From positions 1-64,000 of the forward strand of contig NIVC01002138.1 of assembly GCA_002269645.1 (NCBI GenBank): DNA of 64,000 nt, written 5' to 3'. The notes below the pieces were generated by a model, which searched no databases, was not told the origin of the DNA, and was given only the letters and a program-made list of their open reading frames with translations. Below, one piece after another: positions 50,574 through 64,000 of the stretch. Numbering within the stretch: position 1 is the stretch's first letter; the number at the start of each line of letters is the position of its first letter. The position numbers were made by a program, and so were the translations under genes. This DNA is from Macrostomum lignano. Taxonomy: Eukaryota.

Positions 50574-53500
50574 TCAGGCCGCCAGCTCGATAGACTGCAC
50601 TGGGCAGGTCTTGCAGTCAATTAGACCGGCGCCTGTGTCCAATGCGGCCTCGGGCACGCCTGAGCCAGTTAGGAAGGCCACACAGGACTCAGTGTCCGGA
50701 AAGCCCAATTCGGACTCAACGTAGGAAATTGGTACCGTTGGCCGGTATCTGAGACAGGGGAGAGACGCGGTTGATTGATCGGTAAATAAAACGAATAATT
50801 AACAAGATAATTTAGCAATAGAATTTTTAATTTGTTTAAATGCACTTTTAATGATAATAGAAAAAAATCAAGAATCCAAAATTCTGGCAGACATCCGTCG
50901 ATGGAAATGCCGAACTTGGAGGTCGAATAGGAGACTTACTCTCTCTCTCTCTCGGCCTGTCTCTGGTGGAGGCGCCGCCTTTTCCGGGATCATTTCTTAA
51001 CTGAAATTGGGCTTCAATTAACAAACAAACGCACACGATTCCAAGCATAAAAATTAACAGATCTCTCCCGACGAAAAGAAAACTGCCCCCAACAATGAAA
51101 CTTGTTTTTGTTTGAACTCTTGCATTGCCCGAGCAGCGAGTTTTAATCCTGTGTTTGGGCAAAACGGTTGGCGCTACTTACGACTTAATAATCGCCTTCA
51201 AGGCCAGGACGCGTTCCCTATCCAAAAACCAGTTCACAATGTGCCCACAATAGCCTGGCGCTGTGGTGTAAAGCTTAAAAAATGTGTGATAATTGTTAAG
51301 CGACCAAGCCGTGCGCAGCTTGAGGGCAAACTTAATGCACGGGTGACCCTTGCACTCGGCTGTTAGGCGACCAATTGTTGTTGTGAGGTCTGCAACGGTT
51401 CGGGCGGAGGAGTGTGGCGCTTAGCAATCATAGCATCAGTTTGCGGCCTTTGGTCTGCTTTTAGGGGCGATTCTGGGTGGCTTAGGGGCGATTCTGGGGC
51501 GGCTTAGGGGAGATTCTGGTCTGCTTTTAGGGGCGATTCTGAGCGGCTTAGGGGAGATTCTGGTCTGCTTTTAGGGGTGATTCTGGTCTGCTTTTAGGGG
51601 AGATTCTGGTCTGCTTTTAGGGGCGATTCTGGGGCGGCTTAGGGGAGATTCTGGTCTGTTTTTAGGGGCGATTCTGGGGCGGCTTAGGGAAGATTCTGAT
51701 CTGCTTTTAGGGGCGATTCTGAGCGGCTTAGGGGGCGATTCTGGGGCAGCTTAGGGGCGATTCTGGGACGACTTTAGGGGCAATTTTGGGGCGACTTTAG
51801 GGACGGCTTAGGGGTGATTCTAAGGAGGGTTTAGGGGCGACATTAGGGACAGCTTAGGGGCGATTTTGGGGGCAGTTTAGGGGCGATTTTAAGAGCTTAA
51901 GACTGATATTGGGGCGGATTTAGAGGCGATTCTAAGAGCTTAAGAGTGATATTGGGGCGGATTTAGGGGCGATTCTAAGAGCTTAAGAGTGATACTGGGG
52001 CGGATTTAGGGGCGATTCTAAGGACTTCCGGGCGATTCTTGGGCGGCTTAGGGGCAATTCTAGAGCGGATTATCTAAATTATTCTGAAGGCGGCTCAAGG
52101 GCGATTCTTAGGGAGGACGGCGCATTTTTAAGAAGTGAGCTTGGGACAGAAATTTATTAATTCTAGAAACGTCGAAAAGCCAATTTGAAGTAGATAATTC
52201 TAGAGAGTTGAAAACAGCTCGATAGTAGAACTCACGAGTAATGTCGTGCGTGGACATGAAGTACAGCATTCGATAGGCGGTGAACTCGACTCTCCGGCCT
52301 GGCACGCCCTCCTCATAGAGGGTCTTCAGTTGGGAATTGCACTGGTTGAACTCATCCCTATCGTTGGCCTCCAGCGCCACCTCGGCGTGGGCTTCGTAGA
52401 CTCGCACAGTCAGCTGGTCGCGAATGCACTGCACAGTAAGATCCTGTCGAATAGATTTGAACTGTTCGCACACGTACAAGTAGTCGGCCGACTTATTGGC
52501 CCATTTCTCCAGCACAAGGGCTAGAGCGCGCTGTAGGGTGGCGCGCGATCTTACTATCGAGGGGTCCGGCGCGCTAGTTAAGCGCAAGTATTCCTTCTCT
52601 AGCTGCGTACTAGTACCCACTATGCTCAGCCGCTTCCAGTCAATTTTATCAGCCGCATCGTCGCCCTGCCCCCTAAGGGCGCACAGCGAGTCAGATACGG
52701 ACCCGGTCCACTGCCGGCTGAGCAGCCGCTGCTTCTGCTGCTGCTGCTGCTGCGACTCCTGGCCTAAGTGGTCCTTGAACCTCTGACGGCGACGGCTTAG
52801 CTTAGCCTCCGCTTCCGGGCTAAAGCCAGCTGCGGGACCGCCGCCGCCTCGTCCTCCGCGGCCGCCGCGACCTCCGCGACCTTTGCCGCGACCGCGTCCT
52901 GCCGACTGCTGGCTGGCCAGCCCGGCCTCAACACTGCTGTCGTCCTCGCCGACGCTTTCGTTGCTGTTGCCGAAGCGGCCTCGGCCAAGTCGGCCGGCTA
53001 AGCCGCGGCGGCGACCTCGGTTGAAACCGGCGGAGCCGACGGGACTGCGACTGCGGCTTCGACTCCGGCTGCGGCTCCGGTCGCGCCGATACTCACCCCG
53101 ACGCATGTTGCGTCGCCTCAGCATTGACGACGTGGCCGAAGCCGACGGCGAGTCGGATGACGACGTTCTCGAGCTGGAATTATACGACGATCGCGACCGG
53201 TGCCTGGAACGGGAACGGGATCGGCTGTTGCCGCGACGGCGCCTGCGCGGAGGCGGCGAACGGGAGCGGGAGCGGCTGCGCCGGCCGCCAGACGACGACG
53301 TTGGTGACTTCCGACGCTCCAGCATCTGCCAGGGCGGCGGCGGGCGCTCCAGCAGCTGCGTTGGCGGCGGCGGCAGGCGGCTACCGAATTGTGAAAAGCC
53401 TCTGGCCGGCTGCTGCGACTGCAACGGTGTGCCACCGCCAAAGCCGCCGCCGCCGCCACCACGTCCGCGACCGCGCCCGCGCGCACCACCGCCGCTGCCG

Positions 53501-56003
53501 CCAATCGTCGACGCTCCGTCGGCCGAACCCGCCGGCTTTGCTGGCGACCAACGGCCGGTGTAGCCGAGCTGGCGCGGCGCCTGCTGCTGGCTGAAAGCAA
53601 TAATTAGTAAACAAATGAGTACCTAATTGAACTACTGTTAGTAGCATTACAGAATTTCACTGAAATTATGCTACCGAACCCGATGAAAACGGCACCTAGG
53701 CCGAGAAGCGTCCCAGAGTCTCTTATGTCGCTCTAGATGCGTTTCAATGAGATGACGTTTTGAGCCAATGACGCGCGCCTAAAGATGAAAGATAAAGATA
53801 AATCCAAAGCGACTTACCCAGTCTGGATATTAAGAAAGTCCAGCGAAGGCAGCGGCTCCTTGTCCCAATCAATTGCGTTATCCAATTTGTGCTGCGTAAC
53901 ATAATTTATCTTCTGTTTCAGCAGCAATTCAATCTGATCCTTCTCAGCGTCGGTAGGAACTGATCGGAAGGCTCTGTCGACGTACCTTCTGTGAATGGCA
54001 AGTGCATTCGATTTTGTCTATTATGGCCAACGTGACTAGACAATGGGGAATGCTATAATCGAATTTGCATCACGTGATGGGATTGCCCTAACAAGGGAGA
54101 GTTTTACTGGTATATTAATTTCCATTCAATATGACATTTCCCTTGAGCCATTATGCTCCTAAACGAACCCGATAAGGTCATATCAATATCAAGGAAATGT
54201 GGAAGAGGATACAAGGAAAAGTTGAACCAATATACCAGAAGAGGGGATGGAGAGCATAGAGGAGAGGATGGAGAGAGCGGAGAGGAAGAGGGGATGGAGA
54301 GAGCGGAGAGGAAGAGGGGATGGAGAGAGCGGAGAGGAGGGGATGGAGAGAGCGGAGAGGAAGAGGGGATGGAGAGAGGGGGGGAAGAGGGGATGGAGAG
54401 AGGGGGGAAAGAGGGGATGGAGAGAGGGGGGAAAGAGGGGATGGAGAGAGGGGGGAAAGAGGGGATGGAGAGAGGGGGAAAGAGGGGATGGAGAGAGGGG
54501 GAAAGAGGGGATGGAGAGAGGGGGGGAAAGAGGGGATGGAGAGGGGGAGAGAGGGGATGGAGAGAGCGGGAAGAGGGGATAAGTAATATAGGACTCAAAA
54601 GCGCACAGCAACAAATTCACTCACTTGAAAGACAGAGGCCAGGTGTTTTGGTCGGACATGTCAATAGAATTCGAATTAGCTTGAGTCGTCGCCGTGGTTG
54701 CCGGAGGCGGCGGCGGAGAGGAGGAGAATCTCGGCAGGCGCGGAGCTCCGCCACCGCCGCCAAAGCCGGCGCCGCGGCCGACGCGAGGCCTAGCAGGAGC
54801 GGAGAGGGCCAGAGGAGCGAAGGTGGACAGGAATTTCCCAACTGGCCCAATGCCGCCGCCAGCAGCCCCAATCGGCGGCGCCTGCCCGGCTGGAGTCCCG
54901 GTCGAAGCTGGCATCATGAGAGGGCGGACTGGGCGGGCGCGATCGGAGTTGAACTGCATTGTCACCCGGCTGGGCTGGGTTGACGGCGGCGGCGATTCCG
55001 ACGGCGGCGGTGGAGGAGGCGGCGGGGGAGGCGGTGGCGGCGGCGGCGGGGGAGGCGGCGGAGGCACGTCACAAGGCGGCAGCTGGGATGGAAGGGGGCC
55101 TCCGAAACGGCCCCTGGGCTGGAGCTGGCGAGGCAGCAGTGACGACACCCCAGAATGACCTTCAGGGTGCTGAAAGGCAGAATGGAGGTCAATGCACGCC
55201 TTTTTGACAGATTAGAAAACTCCCTAGTATTCTAATCTGCTATCCTAGTATCCTAATCCGCAATGCTAGTATCCTAATCCGCAATCCTAGTATTCTAATC
55301 TGCTATCCTAGTATCCTAATCCGCAATGCTAGTAGTATCCTAATCCGCAATGCTAACTAGTATCCTAATCCGCAACCCTAGCATTCTAATCCGCAATGCT
55401 AGTATCCTAATCCGCAATCCTAGTATCCTAATCCGCAATCCTAGTATCCTAATCCGCAATCCTAGCATCCTAATCCACAATCCTAGTATCCTAATCCGCA
55501 ATGCTAGTATCCTAATCCGCAATGCTAGTATCCTAATCCGCAATGCTAGTATCCTAATCCGCAATCCTAGTATCCTAATCCGCAATCCTAGTATCCTAAT
55601 CCGCAATCCTAGTATCCTAATCCACAATGCCAGAATCCTAATCCACAATGCTAGTATCCTAATCCGCAATCCTAGCATCCTAATCCACAATCCTAGTATC
55701 CCAGAATCCTAGGATCCATAATACAAAATAATTCCTGGATCCAAACCCAGTTCACAGTTCCCTAATCCACAACATCTGGATGCTTATATGCAAAACCTCA
55801 ATATCCTAATCCAAAGCTTATGATTATAATTCTCAATCAGCTGATTAACCTTAATTCAAAACTGATGACACAACTACTCAAAAATGGATTACCTGAGGTG
55901 GCAAGTATTCGCTCTTTTGCTGGGCAGGACTTGGTTTGTAATAGAGATTATTGTATTCCTGCCAATCCATTTTCTTTGCATCAATGTGTCCAGGTGTAGA
56001 CAT
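50574..56003 (-). CDS. LENG8: LENG8 / THP3-like SAC3-GANP PCI-domain protein, 854 aa, 6 exons
   Basis: Exons 56003-55893, 55169-54625, 53988-53818, 53590-52236, 51389-51182 and 50748-50574; GT-AG with consistent phases (2565 nt). Motifs WPLSFKRYVDRAF, IDWDKEPLP, IVGTSTQLEKEYLRLTSAPDPS, CEQFKSIRQDLTVQ, EFNQCNSQL, RTAWSLNNYHTFFKLY, YRPTVPISYV. Confidence 0.9.
51455..52100. repeat. Degenerate G-rich repeat (ttaggggcgattctgg) in LENG8 intron 4
   Basis: Read directly. Confidence 0.85.
54235..54580. repeat. Purine-rich repeat (gaggggatggagagag...) in LENG8 intron 2
   Basis: Read directly. Confidence 0.85.
55225..55800. repeat. 21-bp minisatellite (tagtatcctaatccgcaatgc) in LENG8 intron 1
   Basis: Read directly. 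Confidence 0.92.
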
Positions 56004-57999
56004 GGTATTTAATTGGTCATTGATTAATCTGCAATAAATCCATTTTATTGACCAATTATTTAAATATTTACACAAGTATATTATTTTTTTAGTTTGCCAT
56101 TTTATAATATAAATTATGAAACTGTTTTGATAGTTAAAACAGACACAGCAAATGAATATTAGGACAATTCCACAAAATGCTATCTTCTTTAAATAAACTT
56201 TTTGCAACTATTGTCTATGTCACTATCTCTGTCATTTGGCTTTAATATTCAATGATGTGCACCTATATTTAAATGAATTTTATAGCCTTCTATAGCCTCT
56301 AATAACTTTTTTGATAAATTATTTAATTGTATTTAAATATTTGATTGGAGTTTAAAAATAAGACCTAACTCATGACTATAAAAAATATTTGCTAAAAATA
56401 TTAGTCTTAGAATTAGCTATATTTCTACTTGTTACTTTGTATAGCATTTATACAATTCAATAGACAAAGTGACCAAAACTAAGATGAATTTTTCTCTCTT
56501 AGTAAAGGCAATAAGCAATTGCAGTGGACATATTGTTTTTTGTGCAGAATTTTTCAATTTTTTCCTAGGAAATTTTAGTTCTAGTTTTAAACTAGCAATC
56601 AGCGCCCCCCCCCTATTGAAGAGCCAACAAAGAATGGAATACAAACTTTTTAATAAACTACACTTAGCTAATCCTTGCAATAACCTTAGCAACTCCACAT
56701 GTAAGCCTTGACATCTTAGCTATTCCCTATGAGCCATGACATCTCAGCAATGCCCCCATAAGCTTCAAATCCCAAAAAATCCAATATCAGTCTTGAAGTC
56801 TCCTCCCTAATTCCCACTATTTAGCAATTCCCCCTAACCCAAACCCTAATCCTAACCCTAACTTTAAAGCCTTGATTTCTTAGTAATTCTACCCATATAA
56901 ACCTTGACATTTTAATAATTCTAGAATTACAGCATTATAGCAATTCCCTTAGACCCTTGAAATGGTAGCAATTCCAAAAAATAATTTTTATTTGACATGA
57001 TACTTCTTTTAGGTCTGACAGTCTTAATTTATGTTTTACATGACTTATCTTTAAAACATTTTCAATGTCTATATGACACTTCTTTTATTTTTTATATGAT
57101 ACTTCTTATAAATACACCCATTAGAGAGCCAACAAATAATGTAATATTTTTGAGTAAACTATATGTAGCTTCTAACCTAAGCAATTATTCCTAGAAATTA
57201 CCCCCTTAAACCTAGAAATTTCAGCAATTCTCCCTAAGACTACATGATACTTTTTGACATGTTTAACATGACTATTTTTTATAACACTTCTTTTTTAGAT
57301 TATGCTTCTTTTATCTTTAATATGACATTACTTATTGGTCTATATGACGCTTTTTATATGCTTTAAAAAATACTTCTTTAATTTCTTCTTTCTTTTTCTT
57401 TAAAAATTATTTAACTTTTGCAAAAAAAGCATGTTTTTGAATATTTAATCCTTTTAGCATTGAGCAATTTCTTAGCCAAGACATGTGTTGTCATGGCAAA
57501 ATTTCTAATTAAATGGTACAACATTGAAGAAAATTGGTTAAGCTGTTTTTTTTAAATTTATCACATATCTACCAACAAAACATTTTTAGTATATAGACTA
57601 AATTTATATGAAAAATCAAAGTATTAAAAAGGTACAAAGCTAGGCCTAATAAGGAATAATAAATAAAAATTTGCATTCTAAAAAACTATATTATAAAATA
57701 CAAGCTGTTGAAACCCGCGGATTTTGAACCCAGGAAATTCTAATCACGGAACTATTTTTCCATGTATTCTGAAATCTGAGGCCATACTCAAACAAAAACT
57801 TGTTAATAGTTAGTAGGATAGAGGTAGACATAAAATGGAGTACATTTGTGTAAAATTAGAATTTGAGGCAAACATTGATCTTGTTGGCTAGGGTGCTTTT
57901 TACTTTAAATAGGCAGTTAATGTTTGCCTGACTCTAAAAGATGTATTGGCAAACTCTGGCCTCCACCTCTGACTCTCCCTATGTCCCTTGGATCCTTTG

Positions 58000-58800
58000 A
58001 AAGTTTTATCTTCTCTTCTGTTTCCTCTCTTCTCTCTCATCTCTCCTCTCTGCTCTTTCTCTTCTCCTCTTTTCTCTTTTTCTTCTTTCCTCTCTCCCCC
58101 CTCTTCTCTAGTATCTTCCCTCATTTCTCTTCTTTTTCATCTGTCTTATCTCATCTCTTTTTCTCTTCTTTTCTCTTTCCTCTCTTCCCACTCTTCTCTC
58201 GTCTTTTCCTTCACCTCTCTTCTCTCTTGTCTTTATTTGCTCTCTGATCTCTCCTTTCTCTTCTCTCTATTCTCTTTTATCTCTTTTCATTTCTCTCTGC
58301 TTCCCCCCTCTCTTTTATCTCTCCTCTCCTATCTTTCTTCTCCTCTCTACTCTCTTCCCTCCATTCTCCTCTTTTCTCTCATCTCACCTCACTCACTTCT
58401 CTCTCCCTTTGTCTCTCCTCTCATCTCTGTAACCTCTTCTCTCTTATCTCTCCTCTGTTCTCTCTACTCTCCCATCTCTTGTCTGTTCATTTTCGTCTCT
58501 GCTCTCAGCTCATCCCCCCCTCTCTTTACTAACTCCTCTCTGCTCTCCTCTTATCTGCAGCTCTCTGCTCTCTCCTCTTTACTCTCTCCTCTCCACTCTC
58601 TCCTCTACTCTCTCCTCTCCACTCTCTCCTCTACTCTCTCCTCTACTCTCTCCTCTCTACTGGCTCCTCTACTCTCTCCTCTCTACTTGCTCCTCTTTAC
58701 TCTTTCCTCTCACCATCCTCGCTCCCTCATCTTGCCTATTATCTTTTATCTTTTCTCTTATTCTCTCTCTCATGTCTCCTCTCTTTTTGAATAGTCTATT
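58000..58800. repeat. Pyrimidine-rich (CT) low-complexity block
   Basis: Read directly. ORF 57988..58794 is its translation. Confidence 0.88.
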
Positions 58801-59476
58801 CCTTCTTCTCTCCATTCTCAACTGCCCCTCAGCCATAAGCTGGATTATTTTCTAGCCTTTGAGGTAAAAGTCTGCCCATTCCTGCTTGGAAAGCCAGTTT
58901 GTGGGATGTAGTACTCTCATGGCTGTTCTGTCATGTCATCTTTCTTGCCAATTTGCAAGCCCTGAAAAGAATTTGTGTATTTTTAGCTCTACTGTAGTCT
59001 GCATCAGTCTAACAACCAAGGAAATATGCATTTCTTAGGAGGCCATTTAAATTTTAAAGTATCTTTAAGAGAAACCTTAAATTTCCATGGTGTGACTAAT
59101 TTAGTAGGGTTGTATTGCATTGCATTGCCTTTTCATTCATCTTTCGCTTTTATAAATCATGCTGAATTACCTTGATTTGCCATCCACTGTTAAACTGCTG
59201 TAGAGTTTGCCTATATAGAGGACAGTGATTAGAATTTCTCACTAAACTGTTATGGATGGCTAAATGTAGCCTCTCCATGGGGGTGCAGAGAAGGCCATAA
59301 ACAAAGCTATTCCAAAACACTGTACATTGCCATGTACATTCAGCCTTATCACCTGACCCTTGGTCTGGCTCTGGGCAGTCTAAGGGAATGAGTAACTGAG
59401 TGAGTGGTACAAAAAACAGAAAACGCAGACAAACTTCACATGCTTACAGTTTCTGTTCTGATTGGGTTACAGAGTT

Positions 59477-61540
59477 GAAATTTTACATTTTGCAAAGAAT
59501 GAGTCAATGAAGAATTATGTCAAGTTTGATGTCAATTGCTTTATGTGAAGCAAACTTATAGCAGCTGAAAGTTAGTCAACTTTGAAACCCCTTTTTACAC
59601 ATCTGGGACTAGATCGGGATTGGGAAAGAGAGGCAGGCAGGCGGAGGTTGGGGTGGTTGCTGCACTGAAAAAAACAGCCTAACTTTAAAAGTGAACAGCA
59701 CTGCGCAGGATTAACTTTGAGACTCGAAATTTTATATGAATGTGCCAAAATAGTTGAAGATTGTCTGTGTTAAATTTGAAGAGAATTGGTAGAAGTGGAG
59801 CGGCACTATGGAGGATCTAGTAATAAATCACACATTTTGAGCAGTTTTTTGTACTTTTAGGTAGGAAGACTTGAGTCCAGGAAATGTTAAGGTACTTACT
59901 TACTTACTACTGACGGGGGGCGCAGGCGCCGCGAATAGGCCGCGAGGCCCCTATCGCAACCCCAAGGTAAAAGAGCACAAGGATTAGCCTTGGGGGTGCG
60001 CCCAGTCCCCGCCAGTAGTCGGCAGGTCCGCAGTGGAGGCATCGGCGACCCTCATCCGGCCGGAGTCCCGGACGAAGGCGCGGAGGTCTCGGATATTGTC
60101 CGCGGTGGTCAGCTCGTCCATCCGCTGGGGGTGGCCGAGGTATTTGTGCCGCGCCTTGTTGAAGTAAGGGCAGAAGGTGACGTGATGCTCCGCGGTCTCC
60201 TCTCCTATGCCACAGAAGGGGCAGGTGGGAGGGCAACCGGTTTGCAACGATATATGTCTCTGGAAGAATCCGTGGCCGGTTAGGACCATGCACATCTCCC
60301 TGAGGTCGGTTCTGTTAAGCGAAATCAGATAATCAGAGACTTTCCTGTTCAGGTTAGGCATGGCAGAGCGGCTCTGCCTGTACTCGGTGCAGCTGTTCCA
60401 GTGGAGCTGGTGCTGCTGATGGAGCCACCTGTTGATATGGCGGGTGACTTGCGACCTGGGGGTGGGTAGCCTCATCAGACGGTGGTTGCCGTCTGGGTTG
60501 CTGCCCTCCTTGGCGAGAGAGTCTGCGAGCTCGTTGCCCAGGATGTTGCTGTGACCAGGTGTCCAGATAATTCTAATCCTGTTAAGGACTGAGAGAGATT
60601 GCACACTGCGGTGGCATTGAGATACTGTAGCAGCGGAGATATTCTCAGTGGTTAAGGCCTTAATAGCAGCTTGGCTATCAGTGTAGAAATTAATGTCAAA
60701 ATTATTAATGTTCGCCTGAAACAGTTGCTGGGCACACTGCTCGATGGCGCAAATTTCAGCTTGGAAAACTGAGGTGTTCTCACCGAGGTGCAGACTTTCC
60801 TGGAGAAGCATCTTACCCTCGTGGAAAATGGCAATACCCGCTCCAGCGCGGCCGTTGAACAGCGAGCCGTCGGTGAAGCAGTGAATGCCCTGGCTGCGCC
60901 GGTTCACACCGACATCCAGCGGAATGTTGTCTCGGCCAGGGATGGCGGTCTTGAAGCCCCTCCTGATGTTGAGGGCGGGAGGTCGACTATCCACATTGCC
61001 CAGGTCCATGTGGATGTTGTTAAGGTCGCGGCGGACAAAGTCCATATGCGGGATTAATGTTTTCATTGGCATAAAGCCAGAGGGCGCGTTATTCAACGTT
61101 TAAAAAATTTTAGAAATTTTAAGAAATTTTACATTTTGCAAAGAATGAGTCAATGAAGAATTATGTCAAGTTTGATGTCAATTGCTTTATGTGAAGCAAA
61201 CTTATAGCAGCTGAAAGTTAGTCAACTTTGAAACCCCTTTTTACACATCTGGGACTAGATCGGGATTGGGAAAGAGAGGCAGGCAGGCGGAGGTTGGGGT
61301 GGTTGCTGCACTGAAAAAAACAGCCTAACTTTAAAAGTGAACAGCACTGCGCAGGATTAACTTTGAGACTCGAAATTTTATATGAATGTGCCAAAATAGT
61401 TGAAGATTGTCTGTGTTAAATTTGAAGAGAATTGGTAGAAGTGGAGCGGCACTATGGAGGATCTAGTAATAAATCACACATTTTGAGCAGTTTTTTGTAC
61501 TTTTAGGTAGGAAGACTTGAGTCCAGGAAATGTTAAGGTA
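59477..61540. repeat. 418-bp direct duplication (59477-59894 and 61123-61540) flanking the LINE
   Basis: Both copies run gaaattttacattttgc...ggaaatgttaaggta and look identical by eye. Confidence 0.92.
59895..61100 (-). mobile_element. 5'-truncated RNase H-encoding non-LTR retrotransposon (I-group, LOA/Lian-like) with (GTAA)n tail
   Basis: ORF 59984..61096 has RNase HI catalytic motifs [25 protein letters not shown], followed by CPFC...H...C. GC-rich 3'UTR and tail gtaagtaagtaagta. No RT domain retained. Confidence 0.88.
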
Positions 61541-64000
61541 GCCTAAGACATTCTCCGTAGTAAGTTTAAGGTAGGTGTAAAGTTTGATGTAATTTGGTTG
61601 AGCAGTTTGGGAGTCTGGGAGCAAACAAAGTTTGGGAGCAAACAAAATTGTCCATAGACAGACATACACATACATACACACACACAGTTTTGATTTTTAT
61701 ATATAGAGATAAAGTGAATATACAATAGATGCCAGTTTATAGACACAAATTTATACAAATAGCAAAAGTTATATATGTGTTACAATTTAGTGTGGTTTTT
61801 GGGTAAATAGCAAGATAAGAGTAACTATGACTATCTTATTAGGGCTAAATGCCTCATCTAATTAATATTACTACTAAACCTATATTAGGCCTCCATGGTC
61901 AGGATCATAGCACATCTATGCCAGAACAAATCTTATCAAAAAAGTTTGCTTGCACTATGCCCTGGAACTATTTTTATTAAAAAAGTTTGCTTGCACTATA
62001 TAGTACAACTTTTTGAAGAAAAAAACAAAAATCAATATTTTTCCATTCAAAAAATACTGGTAAAACTTGTATTTGAATCTATTTCATATAAAATGCAATG
62101 ATAATATAAATTGATTTAAAAAGCCATCAATACATTGGCAATTTGCCATAAACAAAAAGTGCTTATAAAAGAAATTATATATTAATTTTCTGTTTTCTGA
62201 CAATTTTCTGACAATTAACATTGTCTTGTTGGAAACTTTTGTTTTGCACCAAATTGTGCTAATTTTTTCTTTGGCGCCACACTGTGTCAGATTTTTTTGC
62301 CTAGGCCCTATTATTGCTGTGTTGCATTGGAATATGCTAGTGTGGCGCATATCTATTCTCCTTTTGCACTAGAATTTTCCATGAAAAGGCCATCTTCTTG
62401 ACTATGGCTAGGCATAGGCCTACATGTGTTTTAGGTTACATTGCGTTTTTGAGCTATAATAAATTTTAGACTCTATATTGCATATCAATAGGTTTTTTAT
62501 ACTTGAGCCTATTTTAATAGGGAATCAAATTAGCATGATCAAAGTTGACAATGTTCTATTGGCATTATAAAAATTAATGAAATTAAAAACATTGAAGAAA
62601 AATACATACTGGTAAAACATTGAAGCCTAGGCCTAACATTAATTTGGAAGAGTTGAAAATACAGCCTAGCTTGCTTAGACCTATTATAGCATATTATTAG
62701 TATTATAGCATAGAGGCTTATATTTACTATCATAGAACAGGCAGTGAAACATAGGCCAAGTTATTAAATTTTTAGACTTTTAGGCCTATGGGCATGGCCT
62801 TGAGGTAGACTGTTATGCTATGCTATGCTCTGTTTAGGCCTATAGCAAAGGGATTTAGTAGGCCTATTGTTTGGCTCAGACAACATAGTAGTCCCTAGGC
62901 CTAGTGAATTAAAAATAGTATTCAAGCCTTAGTGCATACTAAACTTAGGAGAATCTTGTCTATTAGTCTAACAACTCTGACTTACAACCTTGCTGTATCA
63001 CCTGTGTGTTAATGAGCGTTGATGCAAAAATTGGAGCAAAGACAGTTGTCTCGTTAGTCCCGCATCCGGAAATCCTAAAGATTCCCGCGTTTAATTATTT
63101 TACAGAAATATTTCACCCTCTATTGGGGGTGGGGGTTATAATTAAATGCAGGAATCTTCAGGATAGCCCCATATCCAACTTCAGCCGAAGTTCAACAAAA
63201 TGGAAACTTAAAAAATCATGAATTAGGCCTACCGCCTAGCCCTAGCTAGGCCTGAACGGCTGAACCGACTTCAGATATACTAAAAATGAAAACTTAATTA
63301 ACTAAATCTGAATTAAGACTTACAAAGTAAAACGCGGCTGATTGCTTTGTAGTAGTCGTCTATCGTCTAAAATCTAAAATTTTGTAACTTCAAAGCTAGT
63401 AATACTATATGCTATTATCTGAGTAGGCCTAGGCCTGGTAAGTCAAACGTTATCTAATCTAATAACTTTATCTAATTATCGAATTATCTAACGACTAACT
63501 AAACTAAACCTATTTGTATTAAGTTGCAGAATTTAATATATTGCTGCTCGGCATGCACTTAAATATGTGCTGAAAATAGCACATTAAAACAAACTAAAAA
63601 ACCTTTAATTAAATTTATTTCCAAAGTATGATTATTAAGTTTAAAATTACTAAATTTGCTTTGATATAATACGTTATTAGGCTTAAAAACTAAATTTCAG
63701 CCATCGTGTTGTTAATAGCCGCTGATGTTGCGCTCGATTAGGAGCGCTGCTTTTTGTCTTAAACTTATTCTGAAACCGGGATAACTGCGGTTTTGAGAAT
63801 TATAAATTATAAAATTTACACTACAATTTAGTTTTGCCACAACTTTTGTGCGTACAAATGTCCGTGCACGGATACAAATGGTCCTCTTATATTATTGGTT
63901 AATTAGAAACAGAATACACCAATAATGCTCAATCGACCCTTCTGCATAAAAAACCCCGTAGCAAAAATTAATTCATGACATGCTACTCGTGGGACCAATT

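Larger units (their letters stand above)
57699..61710 (+). mobile_element. Possible Helitron/HINE-like non-autonomous host element containing the duplication
   Basis: Start acaagctgttgaaacccgcgg; end aaagtttgatgtaatttggttgagcagttt...gacagacatacacatacatac...atatatagagat. This resembles HINE/Lep1-type termini from memory only. Confidence 0.3.

Noticed and set aside
56820-56870. Telomere-like ccctaa repeats (also ttaggg within 51455-52100)
   Set aside because: Too few and degenerate to support an interstitial telomere.

Overview
Eukaryotic (animal) genomic DNA. GC-rich exons with poly-Ala/Gln/Ser/Pro tracts are separated by private 15-44 bp minisatellites, purine-rich low-complexity blocks and AT-rich islands. 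This style suggests a free-living flatworm such as Macrostomum (inference, not verifiable here). Spliced gene models were rebuilt by hand, nearly all on the minus strand: a GM2-activator/ML-domain gene, an intronless C-type-lectin plus Ig contactin-like gene, a 317-aa coiled-coil orphan, a two-exon noggin, an MFSD13A/TMEM180-like transporter, WAC and LENG8. A frameshifted, intron-containing RPS3A-like copy lies on the plus strand. Mobile elements: a deleted Tc1/mariner (TA TSD), a non-autonomous hAT (8-bp TSD) inside a minisatellite, an RTE-like LINE, an RNase H LINE flanked by a 418-bp direct duplication, and two copies of a tRNA-like SINE. The most notable signals are (1) minisatellites whose units copy the neighbouring splice signals, including tandem CAG|GTGAGT junctions, (2) a transporter whose first coding exon has no ATG, in a co-oriented LENG8-WAC-MFSD13A run, and (3) the 418-bp duplication around a LINE. 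No CRISPR, rRNA or intact tRNA is supported. Many long ORFs in the supplied track are translations of repeats.
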